Of a stretch of 64,000 nt of DNA, positions 8,510-20,081 are shown one piece after another; the first letter of the stretch is position 1, and each line of letters opens with the position of its first letter. This DNA is from an uncultured Rhodospirillaceae bacterium (GTDB taxonomy: Bacteria > Pseudomonadota > Alphaproteobacteria > SP197), in assembly GCA_964530335.1 (NCBI GenBank), contig CAZGYG010000003.1:23792-87791 (forward strand), given 5' to 3'. Under the pieces are notes generated by a model. The model did not search any database, was not told the origin of the DNA, and worked only from the letters and a program-made list of their open reading frames with translations. A program made the position numbers and the translations under genes.

Positions 8510-9199
8510 ATGGCGACCACCAAGGACATCCTGCTCGTCGACGACGACCAGACGCTGCGCGCGGCGCTGGCCGAACAGCTCCGCCTGCACGAGGAGTTCG
8601 CCGTGACCGAGGCGGACGGGGCGGCGCGCGCGCTCGACCTGGCGCGGTCCCAGCGCTTCGACCTGGTGCTGCTCGACGTCGGTCTGCCCGACATGGACGG
8701 GCGCGAGCTGTGCAAGGCCCTGCGCCGCGCCGGCCAGAAGATGCCGGTGATCATGCTGACGGCCGCCGTGGGCGAGGCCGACACCATCCTGGGGCTCGAT
8801 TCCGGCGCCAACGACTACGTCGCCAAGCCGTTCAAGCTGGGCGTCCTGCTGGCGCGCATCCGGGCGCAGTTGCGCGCCCACGAACAGAGCGAGGACGCCA
8901 CGTTCGTCATCGGCCCCTACAACTTCCACCCGGCGCAGAAGCTGCTGGTCCACAAGGACACGCAGAAGAAGGTGCGGCTCACCGAGAAGGAAACGGGGAT
9001 CCTCAAGTTCCTGCTGCGCTCGGGCGGGCAGCCGGTGGGGCGCGACGTGCTGCTCGACCAGGTATGGGGCTACAACGCCGCGGTCACCACCCACACGCTC
9101 GAGACACACATTTACCGCTTGCGCCAGAAGATCGAGCCCGACCCGTCGAACGCCACGCTGCTGATCACCGAGCTGGGCGGCTACCGGCTCAACCCGTGA
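8510..9199 (+). CDS. OmpR-family two-component response regulator (receiver plus winged-helix DNA-binding domain), orphan
   Basis: ILLVDDD...LVLLDVGLPDMDG receiver domain; C-terminal OmpR-like RLTEKE...YRLRQK. No histidine kinase in the window. Confidence 0.9.
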   Translation: MATTKDILLVDDDQTLRAALAEQLRLHEEFAVTEADGAARALDLARSQRFDLVLLDVGLPDMDGRELCKALRRAGQKMPVIMLTAAVGEADTILGLDSGANDYVAKPFKLGVLLARIRAQLRAHEQSEDATFVIGPYNFHPAQKLLVHKDTQKKVRLTEKETGILKFLLRSGGQPVGRDVLLDQVWGYNAAVTTHTLETHIYRLRQKIEPDPSNATLLITELGGYRLNP

Positions 9200-10370
9200 C
9201 GGCTCCAAGCCGGACAAGGCGGCGGACGAGCAACCAGGCCCCGGCGCCCGCGCCGAGCGTGAGCGCGCCGTAAAGCGGCCACACCGCGTCCCAACCGCCG
9301 AACCGCTCGACCACCAGGGGCAGCAGCAGCGGCCCGGCCAGCACGCCGAAGTTGCGCCCGCGCATGAGCACGCCGAACGCCGCGGCTCCGGCGCCCTTGT
9401 GCCCCATGACGATCCCCGGCATGGCGAACAGGCAGACCGGCGTCATGCCGCAGCACACGCCGTAGAGCACAAGCCCCACGAGCCCGGCGGCGCCATCGAG
9501 CCAGGGCACGGCGAACCACACCGCCGCCTCGATCGCGATCGAACCGACGAACACGGGCGCCAGCGGCAGCCCGGCGCGCATCGCCCAGCCGGTCGCCAGG
9601 TTGAGCACCAGGACGGCGAACGGGACCAGGCTGGCGGCGCCGATCGCCTGGTCGGCGCCGAGCCCCAACCCGGTCACCAGATAAACGTTGAGCCAGCCCA
9701 CGAAGCTGATGTATTGCCCCGCCCACAGCAGGTAGACGAGCGAAGCGAGCACGAGCGCCCGCCGCTCGGCCGCGCTGGCCGCCGTGCCCGCCGCGCCGGC
9801 GCTCAAGGTGAACCCCCGGGGGCCGGCCGCCCGGGTCCAGGCCAGAACGGCGAGCGCGGCGCCGAGCGCGACCCACCACACCCATTGCCACGACCCCGCG
9901 GCGGCGAACGGGTAGGCGATGGCGTTGGCCAGGAGCTGGCCGATCGGCACCCACGCGGCGGAGATGCCGGCGACGAACACGGCCTGGCCCGGCGCCGCCG
10001 CCCGCATGGCGATGGCCGGGCCGGCGATGGCCAGCACCGTGAAGCCGAGCCCCTCGAAACCGCGCGCGGCCAGCATGACGAGGCCGCTTTCCGGCATGGC
10101 GAGGCCGAGCGCGCAGCCCACGGCGATCGCGGCGCACGCGGCCTCGACCAGGCGGAGCCCGAGGCGTTCGAGCGCGTGCCCGGCGCGCACCGACAAGGCC
10201 AAGCCGAGCAGGGCGTAGATCGCCATCAGGCCGCCGGCCAGCTTCGGGTCGTAACCGTAGCGCTCGAGCAGAATCGGCAGGACCGGCGGCAGCTTGTAAT
10301 GCTCGAACGTCGCGAGCACGGCGAGCGTCAGGCCGAAGGCAACGCCCGCCCAGCGCGTCCCGCCGGTCAT
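9189..10370 (-). CDS. MFS transporter
   Basis: About 12 predicted TM helices. Start taken at the internal ATG (MTGGTRWAGVAFGL...) because the 63 aa upstream are Arg-rich and non-membrane. Confidence 0.7.
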   Translation of the reverse strand: MTGGTRWAGVAFGLTLAVLATFEHYKLPPVLPILLERYGYDPKLAGGLMAIYALLGLALSVRAGHALERLGLRLVEAACAAIAVGCALGLAMPESGLVMLAARGFEGLGFTVLAIAGPAIAMRAAAPGQAVFVAGISAAWVPIGQLLANAIAYPFAAAGSWQWVWWVALGAALAVLAWTRAAGPRGFTLSAGAAGTAASAAERRALVLASLVYLLWAGQYISFVGWLNVYLVTGLGLGADQAIGAASLVPFAVLVLNLATGWAMRAGLPLAPVFVGSIAIEAAVWFAVPWLDGAAGLVGLVLYGVCCGMTPVCLFAMPGIVMGHKGAGAAAFGVLMRGRNFGVLAGPLLLPLVVERFGGWDAVWPLYGALTLGAGAGAWLLVRRLVRLGAVTG

Positions 10371-10470
10371 GGTCCGACCGTCACGGCGCCGGTCGTCATG
10401 GTGTTGGCCGGGCCTTCCGCCGGGCGGCAGGGTCGGGCAGACTGCGCCGGTGATTCGGCCGAGGGCTGGC

Positions 10471-11316
10471 GTGACGTCGAAGGTGACTTCCAGGCAAGGC
10501 GATTTCTTCGTTCGGTTCTGGGGCGTGCGCGGCAGCATCCCGTGCCCGGGGCCCGACACCGTGCGCTACGGCGGCAACACGAGCTGCCTCGAGGTGCGTT
10601 GCGGCGAGCACCTGCTGATCTTCGACGCCGGCACCGGGCTCCGGCTGCTCGATCGCGCCCTCGGCGACGGGGCGCTCGACGCCGACGTGCTGTTCACCCA
10701 CACCCATCTCGATCATGTCAACGGCTGGGCCTTCTTCACGCATCTGCGCGAGCCCGGAAACCGGTTCGCCGTGTGGGCGGGACACCTGAACGACACGCAC
10801 CGGATCGACGCCGTGCTCGCGCGCTTCCTCGAGGACCCGCTGGCGCCGGTGCACGCCGGCAACCTGGCCGCGGCCCTGACCTACCACGAGTTCCGCCAGG
10901 GCGACAGGCTGACCCCGCGCCCGGGCGTGACCATCCGCACGGCGCGGCTCAACCATCCCAACGACGCGACCGGCTACCGCGTCGAGTATGGCGGACACGC
11001 GATCTGCTACGTCACCGACACCGAGCACCGCGCGGATGTCCGCGATCCGGCGATCCTCGGCCTGATCGAAGGCGCGGACATCTTCATCTACGACGCGACC
11101 TACCGCGACGACGAGTACCCGAAGTACGCCGGTTGGGGCCACTCGACCTGGCAGGAGGGCATGCGGCTCGCCGACGCCGCCAGCGTCGGCACCTACGTCG
11201 CGTTCCACCACGATCCGGGCCACGGCGACGACGCCATGGACGCCATCGCCCACGAGCTCGCCCAGGCCCGCCCCGGCTCGGTTGTCGCGCGCGAGGGCAT
11301 GGTGCTCAGGCCCTAG
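10471..11316 (+). CDS. MBL-fold metallo-hydrolase
   Basis: THTHLDHVNG (HxHxDH) motif. GTG start with GAGGG Shine-Dalgarno 5 nt upstream. The track's upstream ATG at 10369 would overlap the divergent MFS start. Confidence 0.7.
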   Translation: MTSKVTSRQGDFFVRFWGVRGSIPCPGPDTVRYGGNTSCLEVRCGEHLLIFDAGTGLRLLDRALGDGALDADVLFTHTHLDHVNGWAFFTHLREPGNRFAVWAGHLNDTHRIDAVLARFLEDPLAPVHAGNLAAALTYHEFRQGDRLTPRPGVTIRTARLNHPNDATGYRVEYGGHAICYVTDTEHRADVRDPAILGLIEGADIFIYDATYRDDEYPKYAGWGHSTWQEGMRLADAASVGTYVAFHHDPGHGDDAMDAIAHELAQARPGSVVAREGMVLRP

Positions 11317-11321
11317 GCGTC

Positions 11322-12143
11322 ATGGGACGCGGCGCTCGATTCGCCTTCCTCACGGCGTTCGGGATCGCCCGGCTCGGCTTCTTCATTCCGTATCGCCACG
11401 CCGGCCGGGTGCCCGGGCCGGGAACACGCGCGCCCTACGGCCCGATCGAGCGCCTGTTCGCGGCCCACGAGGCCGTGTTCCAGGCCACACTCGATCGGGT
11501 CGAGGACCAGTGCCAGGCGCTCGAGTCGATCGGCGGCCGTCCGCCGGCGCCACGCTGGGACCAGGACTGGTTCCCCCGGCTCGACGCCGCGGTCGCGTAC
11601 ACGCTCGTGCGCGCGGCCCGGCCGCGCCTCATCGTCGAGGTCGGCTCGGGCCACTCGACCCGGTTCCTGGCCCGGGCGGTCGCGGACGAAGGCTCGGCCA
11701 CGCGCATCGTCGCCATCGACCCGCAACCGCGCGCGCGAATTCCCGCCGTCGAGCACCTCGCCCGCGACCTTGGCGCCGTCGGTCACGGGATATTCGGCGC
11801 GCTCGGCGCCGGCGACGTCCTGTTCATCGATTCGAGCCACATCCTGATGCCGGGCACCGACGTGGACGTGCTGCTCAACCGGGTGCTGCCGGTGTTGCCG
11901 GCGGGCGCGCTGGTGCACGTCCACGACGTGTTCCTGCCCGACGACTACCCACCGGCGTGGTCGTGGCGCGGCTACAACGAGCAGCTCGGCATCGCCGCGC
12001 TGCTGAACGGCGGTGGCTGGCAGCCTCTGTTCGCCAGCCGCTACGTCATCACCCGCCGCCCGGAATGGCTGAAGGGCGTGCTCGCCCGCCTGCCGCTGGT
12101 GCCTGGCGCGCTCGAGACCAGCCTGTGGCTCAGGAAGCGCTGA
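11322..12143 (+). CDS. Class I SAM-dependent methyltransferase (cephalosporin-hydroxylase-like O-methyltransferase fold)
   Basis: IVEVGSGHST glycine-rich SAM motif; 273 aa from the first sensible ATG inside the 2.7-kb spurious track ORF. Confidence 0.7.
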   Translation: MGRGARFAFLTAFGIARLGFFIPYRHAGRVPGPGTRAPYGPIERLFAAHEAVFQATLDRVEDQCQALESIGGRPPAPRWDQDWFPRLDAAVAYTLVRAARPRLIVEVGSGHSTRFLARAVADEGSATRIVAIDPQPRARIPAVEHLARDLGAVGHGIFGALGAGDVLFIDSSHILMPGTDVDVLLNRVLPVLPAGALVHVHDVFLPDDYPPAWSWRGYNEQLGIAALLNGGGWQPLFASRYVITRRPEWLKGVLARLPLVPGALETSLWLRKR

Positions 12144-12150
12144 CGCGCCG

Positions 12151-12852
12151 TCACGGCATGTCGAACACCAGGATCTCGGACTCGGCGCCGGTGCCGGCGA
12201 TGGTGAGCGCGCCTTCGGCCGTGATCGCCGCGCCGTCGCCCTGGCCGAGTTCCTGGCCATCGAGCGTGACCGCGCCCAGCGCGACCTGCACCCAGGCGCG
12301 GCGACCCTGCGCGAGCTCGTGGCGCACAGACTGGCCTTGCGCGAGCACGGCCGCCAGGATCGTGGCGTCCTGGTGCACGGCGACCGCGGCGCCCGAGCCG
12401 GCCGGCCCGGCGATCGGCGCGAGCCGCCCGGCGAGAGTCTCGCGCGCCACCGCCTGCTGCTCGTAGCCGGGCGCGAGCCCGGCGCGGTCGGGCACGATCC
12501 AGATCTGCAGCAGGTGGACCGGCTGGGTCCGGGAATCGTTCATCTCGCTGTGCTGGATGCCGGTGCCGGCGCTCATGCGCTGCACGTCGCCCGGCCGGAT
12601 GACCGAGCCGTTGCCCAGGCTGTCCTTGTGGCCGAGCGCGCCCTCGAGCACCCAGGTCACGATCTCCATGTCGCGGTGGCCGTGGGGCGGGAAGCCGGCG
12701 CCGGGCGCCACCCAATCCTCGTTGATGACGCGCAGCGCCCCGAACCCCATGTGGTCCGGGTCGAAATACTCGGCGAACGAGAACGTGTGCCGGCTGTCGA
12801 GCCAATCGAACTTCGACCGGCCACGCTCCACCGCCAGGCGAAGCGCGATCAC
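12151..12852 (-). CDS. Pirin-family cupin protein (YhhW-like)
   Basis: VIALRLAVERGRSKFDWLDSRHTFSFAEYFDPDHMGFGALRVINED...MSAGTGIQHSE matches the pirin N-terminal signature. GTG start forming a GTGA overlap with the upstream permease stop. Confidence 0.85.
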   Translation of the reverse strand: MIALRLAVERGRSKFDWLDSRHTFSFAEYFDPDHMGFGALRVINEDWVAPGAGFPPHGHRDMEIVTWVLEGALGHKDSLGNGSVIRPGDVQRMSAGTGIQHSEMNDSRTQPVHLLQIWIVPDRAGLAPGYEQQAVARETLAGRLAPIAGPAGSGAAVAVHQDATILAAVLAQGQSVRHELAQGRRAWVQVALGAVTLDGQELGQGDGAAITAEGALTIAGTGAESEILVFDMP

Positions 12853-14021
12853 CGGTAGGGGTCGGCCGCGTCGCGCAAGCCGTCGCCCAGGAAATTGAAC
12901 GCCAGCACGATGATGATGACCGGCACCACCGGCATCATCAGCCACGGGTAGAGCGCGACGACGTTGATGTTCTGCGCCTCGTTGAGCAGCACGCCCCAGC
13001 TCGTGATCGGCGGCCGGAGCCCCAGCCCGAGGAACGACAGCGCCGTCTCGCCCAGGATCATCGCCGGCACCGACAGGGTGGCCGAGGCGATCAGGTGGCT
13101 GGTGAAGCTCGGCACAAGGTGGCGGAAGATGATGCGCGGCGGGCGCGCGCCGAGCAGCATGGCGGCGGTGGCGAAGTCCTCCTCGCGCAGCGCCAGCAGC
13201 TTCGAGCGCACGGCCCGTCCGAGCCCGGTCCAATCGAGCAGGCCGAGGATGATGGTGATGCCAAAGTAGATGAAGATCGGGTTCCAGTTGACCGGCAACG
13301 CCGCCGACAGCGCCATCCACAACGGCAGCTCGGGGAAGCTGCGCAGGATCTCGATCAGGCGCTGCACCACGCTGTCGACCCAGCCGCCGTAGTAGCCGGC
13401 GAGCCCGCCGAACACCAGCCCGAGGACGAAGCTGATCGTGATGCCGACCAGCCCGATGGTCAGCGAGATGCGCGCGCCCACCACCATGCGCGACATCACG
13501 TCGCGCCCCAGCCGGTCGGTGCCGAACAGGAAGAACGTGCCGTCCTCGGCCGGGCAGACCAGGTGGAGCCGCATCGGCACCATGCCCCAGAACCGGTAGT
13601 CGTCGCCCAGGCACAGGTAGCGCAGGCGATCGACCTTGCCCAGGTTCGGCGTGTAGATGCGCTTGAGCGTGTCCATGTCGAGCCGGTAGTCGTAGCCGTA
13701 GACGAACGGTCCGACGAATTGGCCGTCGTGGAACAGATGCATGCCTTGGGGCGGGGCGTAGATGGAGTCCGTGTGCCGGGTGTGCAGGTTGTAGGGCGCG
13801 ATGAGCTCGGCGATCAGCATGGTCGTGTAGCAGAACGCGAGCACCAGCCCGGAGATCACGGCGAGCTTGTGGCGGCGGAACTTCCACCACATGAGCCGCC
13901 ACTGCGACGCTAGGTAATAGCTCTCCTGCTCGGCCGTCATCGCCTCGACGGCGTAAGCGTCGAACGGCGCGGCGGAAACGTAACGCTGAACGCGCCCCTC
14001 GGCGCCGGTCTGGTCGGTCAT
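12849..14021 (-). CDS. yejE: ABC transporter permease, YejE/OppC-like
   Basis: Binding-protein-dependent permease signature. Its ATG and the TGA of the upstream permease share 14021. Confidence 0.8.
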   Translation of the reverse strand: MTDQTGAEGRVQRYVSAAPFDAYAVEAMTAEQESYYLASQWRLMWWKFRRHKLAVISGLVLAFCYTTMLIAELIAPYNLHTRHTDSIYAPPQGMHLFHDGQFVGPFVYGYDYRLDMDTLKRIYTPNLGKVDRLRYLCLGDDYRFWGMVPMRLHLVCPAEDGTFFLFGTDRLGRDVMSRMVVGARISLTIGLVGITISFVLGLVFGGLAGYYGGWVDSVVQRLIEILRSFPELPLWMALSAALPVNWNPIFIYFGITIILGLLDWTGLGRAVRSKLLALREEDFATAAMLLGARPPRIIFRHLVPSFTSHLIASATLSVPAMILGETALSFLGLGLRPPITSWGVLLNEAQNINVVALYPWLMMPVVPVIIIVLAFNFLGDGLRDAADPYR

Positions 14022-15016
14022 CAGCGCGAGGCTCCGCCGCCGAGCCGGATGCGCGGGTCGAGAAACGCGAGCGCGATGTCGGACAGCAGCACGCCGATCA
14101 CGGTCAGGAACGCGAGGCACATCAGGAACGACCCGGCCAGGTACATGTCCTGGGTGCGCAGCGCGTTCAGCAGCATCGGCCCCGTGGTCGGCAGCGACAG
14201 CACGACCGAGACGATCGCCGCGCCCGAGATGACCTGGGGCAGCAGGTTGCCGATGTCGGCGATGAACGGGTTGAGCGCCATGCGCAGCGGGTACTTAAAG
14301 AGCGCGCGCAAGGGCGGCATCCCCTTGGCCCGCGCCGTGACCACATACTGGCGTTGCAGCTCGTCGAGCAGATTGGCGCGCAAGCGCCGGATCATGCCCG
14401 CGGTGCCCGAGGTGCCGATGACGATGACCGGTACCCACAGGTGCTCGAGGATCGAGACGAACTTGCCCCAGCTCCACGACGCTTCCAGGTACTCCGGGTC
14501 CATCAGCCCGCCGATCGAGGTGCCGAACCACACGTTCGCGACGTAGAGCAGGACCAGCGCGAACAGGAAATTGGGCGTGGCGAGCCCGAGGAATCCGACC
14601 AGGGTGAGCGCGTAGTCGCCGGGCGAATACTGGTGGGTGGCCGAATAGACGCCGATCGGGAACGACACCAGGTAGGTGAACAGGATGGTGGCGAACGAGA
14701 CGATTAAGGTGAGCACGAGCTGCCCGCCGATGACGTCCGCCGCCGGCACGCCGAACTCGAACGACTGGCCGAAGTCGCCCTGCAGGAGCCCGCCGAGCCA
14801 GACGACGTACTGGCGCCACATGGGCTGGTCGAGCCCGTACTCCTCGCGCAGGAACTCGATCTTCTCGTCGGCCGCCTCGCCCTGGGCCTCGAGCTCGGCC
14901 ATATAGGTCGTCAGGTAGTCGCCCGGCGGCAACTGGATGATGATGAAGGTGATCAGGCTGATGCCGATCAGCGTCGGCACCATGAGCAGGATGCGCTGGG
15001 CGAGGTAGGCCAGCAT
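14021..15016 (-). CDS. yejB: ABC transporter permease, YejB/OppB-like
   Basis: MLAYLAQRILLMVPTLIGISLITFIIIQLPPGDY N-terminus, typical of DppB/OppB-family permeases. Confidence 0.8.
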   Translation of the reverse strand: MLAYLAQRILLMVPTLIGISLITFIIIQLPPGDYLTTYMAELEAQGEAADEKIEFLREEYGLDQPMWRQYVVWLGGLLQGDFGQSFEFGVPAADVIGGQLVLTLIVSFATILFTYLVSFPIGVYSATHQYSPGDYALTLVGFLGLATPNFLFALVLLYVANVWFGTSIGGLMDPEYLEASWSWGKFVSILEHLWVPVIVIGTSGTAGMIRRLRANLLDELQRQYVVTARAKGMPPLRALFKYPLRMALNPFIADIGNLLPQVISGAAIVSVVLSLPTTGPMLLNALRTQDMYLAGSFLMCLAFLTVIGVLLSDIALAFLDPRIRLGGGASR

Positions 15017-15019
15017 CGC

Positions 15020-16942
15020 TCAGCCGCCCGCCTCGCCGCTCGGCGTGAACCAGAAGGTGTCGGGCCGGTAGACGCCGAATTGGGCGCCGGGCTCCCAGTT
15101 GAAGATCGCCTCCTCGGGCACGTTGTTGAGCCGGTCGCTGACCACCACCGGCTGCAGCGTGCCGGCGATCAGGCCGATGGTGAACACCTGTGCGGCGTGG
15201 ATCGCCAGCATGCGGCGCCAGATCGCTTCGCGCGCCTCGGTCGTGGCGGCGCGCCGCCAGGCCTCGTTCAGCGTCATCAGCTCCTCGGCCGCGGGCAGGT
15301 CCGGCGCCTCGCCCGACTGGCCCCCGGTCTCGAAGTACTGGCCCCACATCGGCCATTGCAACGCCTGCTGGGTGGTCGGCGCGAACTCGAACGGGCTCAT
15401 GTCGGCGGTCGGCACGCCGTTCTCGTAGCCCGACCACACCGCCACGAGGGTCTGCCCGGAGAACACCCGGTTGCGCAGGACCTCGCGCTGCATCGGCCGC
15501 GAGTAGAGCTTGATCCCGGCCGCCAGCCAGGTGTCGTGGACCAGCTCGAGCACGTCGGTCTGCTCGGTGTCCTCGCCGGCGGTCTCGACCACGATCTCGA
15601 GCGGCCGGCCGTCGGGCATCAGGCGCACGCCCCGGTCGTCGCGCTCGGTCAGGCCGATCGCGTCGAGCAGCCGGTTGGCCTTCTCGAGGTCGAACACGGC
15701 CCAGGCCTTGGCGTAGGTTTCGCGGTAGAGCGGGCTTTGCTTGAGCACGGTGTTGGTCACCTCCTGGGCAAGCCCGTAGTAGATGACCTGGTTGATCTCG
15801 TGCCGGTCGATGGCGAGCGAGAGCGCGCGGCGGAAGCGCACGTCGCGCAGCAGCGCGCGCCAGGTCGGATCGGCGACGTTGAGGTTGGGGAACAACGCGA
15901 GCTGGGCGCCGACCGCGGTGCGCCACAGCCGCACGCGGTAGCCGTTGCGCTCCTCGCCCTCCTTGAGGAACGTGTAGTTGTTGAAGTTGAGGCCGCGCGC
16001 CTGCAACGTGACCTCGCCGGCGCCGGTCTTGGCCGGGATCAGCTTGCTGTCGACGACATCGAGCACGACCCGGTCGATGTAGGGCAACTGGCGGCCATCG
16101 GCGTCGATCCGATGGTAGTAGGGGTTGCGCACCGCGACGAAGCGCGTCGCCGGCGTCGCGTTGGTGATCTGCCACGGCTGCAACGTCGGCAGGTCCGGGT
16201 TGTCGCAGCGGTACAGGCTGTCGAGGCTGTTGTAGAGCGACGCCCAGTTGCTCTTGCCTTCCGCCTGGGCCCGGGCGTCGAGCGCCGCCCGATCGGCGTA
16301 GCCGGCGTGGAACGCCTTCAGGTAGTGGGCCGGGGCGTAGATGTCGAGCGGCGTGGTCGCTGCGATCGCCGGCAGGAAGAACGGGTTGGGCTCGGTCCAG
16401 GCGTAGCGCACGGTGAGCTCGTCGGGGAACTCGACCGTCGGGGGCTCGCCCGCGACGATCAACACCCGGGGCGGCCCGCTCGAGCTGATCTCGGGGTCGT
16501 TCGCCACGTCCTGCCACCAGAAGCGGAAGTCCTCGGCCGTGAACGGCTGGCCGTCGGACCACTTGTGGCCCGGGCGCAGGTGCAGGGTGAAGACGCGGCC
16601 GCCCTCGACGTCGACGCGGGCCACGAGGTCCGGCACCAGGTTGAAATCCACGTCGTAGCCGACCAGCCGGGCGTAGCCGTAGACCGTGAGCAGCCGTACG
16701 TCCCGCTCGCGGTGGATCATGGTGTGCAGATCGCCGCCGTAGGCGCCCGGCGTCCGTCCCGGCCCGGGCATGACGACCAGCGGCTCGGCGGGCACGCGCT
16801 GCTCGACCGGCGGCAGGTCGCCGCGCAGCACCGCGTCGGCGAAATACGGCGGTTCGACCGGCGCCGGCGACTGAGCCGTCGCCGCCGTCGCCGCCAAGGC
16901 GAGTGCGAACGTGGCGGCGAGCGCGGAGATGACCGGGCGCAC
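15020..16942 (-). CDS. yejA: Periplasmic family-5 substrate-binding protein, extended YejA type (640 aa) with signal peptide
   Basis: N-terminal signal MRPVISALAATFALALAATAATAQS; size and architecture match YejA-type SBPs. Confidence 0.8.
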   Translation of the reverse strand: MRPVISALAATFALALAATAATAQSPAPVEPPYFADAVLRGDLPPVEQRVPAEPLVVMPGPGRTPGAYGGDLHTMIHRERDVRLLTVYGYARLVGYDVDFNLVPDLVARVDVEGGRVFTLHLRPGHKWSDGQPFTAEDFRFWWQDVANDPEISSSGPPRVLIVAGEPPTVEFPDELTVRYAWTEPNPFFLPAIAATTPLDIYAPAHYLKAFHAGYADRAALDARAQAEGKSNWASLYNSLDSLYRCDNPDLPTLQPWQITNATPATRFVAVRNPYYHRIDADGRQLPYIDRVVLDVVDSKLIPAKTGAGEVTLQARGLNFNNYTFLKEGEERNGYRVRLWRTAVGAQLALFPNLNVADPTWRALLRDVRFRRALSLAIDRHEINQVIYYGLAQEVTNTVLKQSPLYRETYAKAWAVFDLEKANRLLDAIGLTERDDRGVRLMPDGRPLEIVVETAGEDTEQTDVLELVHDTWLAAGIKLYSRPMQREVLRNRVFSGQTLVAVWSGYENGVPTADMSPFEFAPTTQQALQWPMWGQYFETGGQSGEAPDLPAAEELMTLNEAWRRAATTEAREAIWRRMLAIHAAQVFTIGLIAGTLQPVVVSDRLNNVPEEAIFNWEPGAQFGVYRPDTFWFTPSGEAGG

Positions 16943-16945
16943 GGC

Positions 16946-18819
<1,874 letters not shown>

Positions 18820-18823
<4 letters not shown>

Positions 18824-19329
18824 GCCGGCTCCCGGGCGCCCGCGACCTCGGCGGCGAGGTGGCCGAGCGCTCCCAGGTTGGCGCGGGTCGCCTCGCCGAG
18901 CCGGACGCCGTTGGCGCGCGCCGCCGCGAACGCGGCGCCGACGATGGCTTCGAACCCGGTGACCGCGGAATCGACGGTGACCGCCCGCCCTCGGCGCGCC
19001 CGCACGCGGAGCTGCATCCAGCCTTGGGAGCGGTCGCGGCGGGTCGGGAAGAACGACAGCTTCAAGCGGTCGAGCTCGCGCCAGTCCACGCGCGCGGGCC
19101 ACGGCCCGCGGACCACGAGCGTGTCCTCGTCGCAGCCGATCGCGGTGGCGTGGCGCGCCGCCGTGCGCGCGCCGAACAGGGCGAACAGCAGGGCGATCGC
19201 GCCCAGCGTCCACGCCACCGCCGGCGCCGCCGGCACCAGAACGAGCGGCCCGGCGCTGAGCGACAGCCCCGCCGCCGCGCGGACATAATCCCCGGCGAGC
19301 GCGGCGAAGGGATAGCGGTGCTGGGTCAC
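18820..19329 (-). CDS. Small predicted membrane protein (about 169 aa), translationally coupled on both sides
   Basis: Hydrophobic segment [37 protein letters not shown] overlap with the deacetylase stop and ATGA overlap with the yejF start. Confidence 0.45.
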
Positions 19330-20081
19330 CGCGCCAGCCCGAAGGCTTCGCTCGCCGCGATCCAGCGCGCGCGCGGATGGTCGCCGATCAGCGCGGCGAA
19401 GCGTTCGACGAAGCGCCACGACGCCTCGTCGTGGGCGGCGTGATGGGTCAGCAGGCCGACCGGCTCGGCGGCGTCCCGTTCGCCCGCCCGGCAGGCGCCC
19501 AGGTGGGTCACGGCGGCGGAAAGCACCGCCGCGTCACCGATGAAGCCGCGGCCCTGGTGCCAGGCGATGAGGTCGAGGTGGGCGTTGACCACGGCGAGCC
19601 CGTCGCGCACCGGCCGGGCGCGCGGCCCGAAACCCGACAGCCCCCGGTACCCGGCCTGGGCGAGCCGCCCGATCAGCGCCTCGGCGATGCGGTTCCACGG
19701 CGGCACCAGCACCGGGAGCGCGCGCAACCGCTCGGTCAACAGGGCAAGCCCGCGCTTCAGCGCGGCAAGCGCGCGCTCGGGCGCGAACTCGCCGCCGAGC
19801 TCGATCCGCTTGGCGCCTTCGGGCGCGTGGTTGGCGTGGTCCCAGCCGTGTTGCAGCACCTCGATGCCGGTCTCGGCGAGCAGCGCGGCACCGGCGTCGT
19901 CCAGGCGCGCCGGGACCGCGGCGACCGCCAGGGGAATGGCGAGCGCACGCCGCAGCGCGACCAGGCGTTCAAGCGCCGGCGTCGCCCCCCCGGCGTCGTC
20001 GTCGCGCCACCAGAAGCGCGACTCGAGCCCGGCGTCCGCGCGCCGGTCGAGCTCGTCACTGAGCGCGCGCCACGTCGGCAT
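19326..20081 (-). CDS. Polysaccharide deacetylase family protein (NodB/CE4-like)
   Basis: FWWRDDD motif, then [10 protein letters not shown]; start at [13 protein letters not shown]... Confidence 0.65.
   Translation of the reverse strand: MPTWRALSDELDRRADAGLESRFWWRDDDAGGATPALERLVALRRALAIPLAVAAVPARLDDAGAALLAETGIEVLQHGWDHANHAPEGAKRIELGGEFAPERALAALKRGLALLTERLRALPVLVPPWNRIAEALIGRLAQAGYRGLSGFGPRARPVRDGLAVVNAHLDLIAWHQGRGFIGDAAVLSAAVTHLGACRAGERDAAEPVGLLTHHAAHDEASWRFVERFAALIGDHPRARWIAASEAFGLAR

Noticed and set aside
10369-10470. ATG at 10369 as the start of the MBL-fold hydrolase (track ORF 10369..11316)
   Set aside because: It would place the start codon back-to-back (CATG) with the divergent MFS start at 10370, leaving no promoter space. 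The 34 added residues are Arg/Pro-rich junk. GTG 10471 with a GAGGG Shine-Dalgarno fits better.
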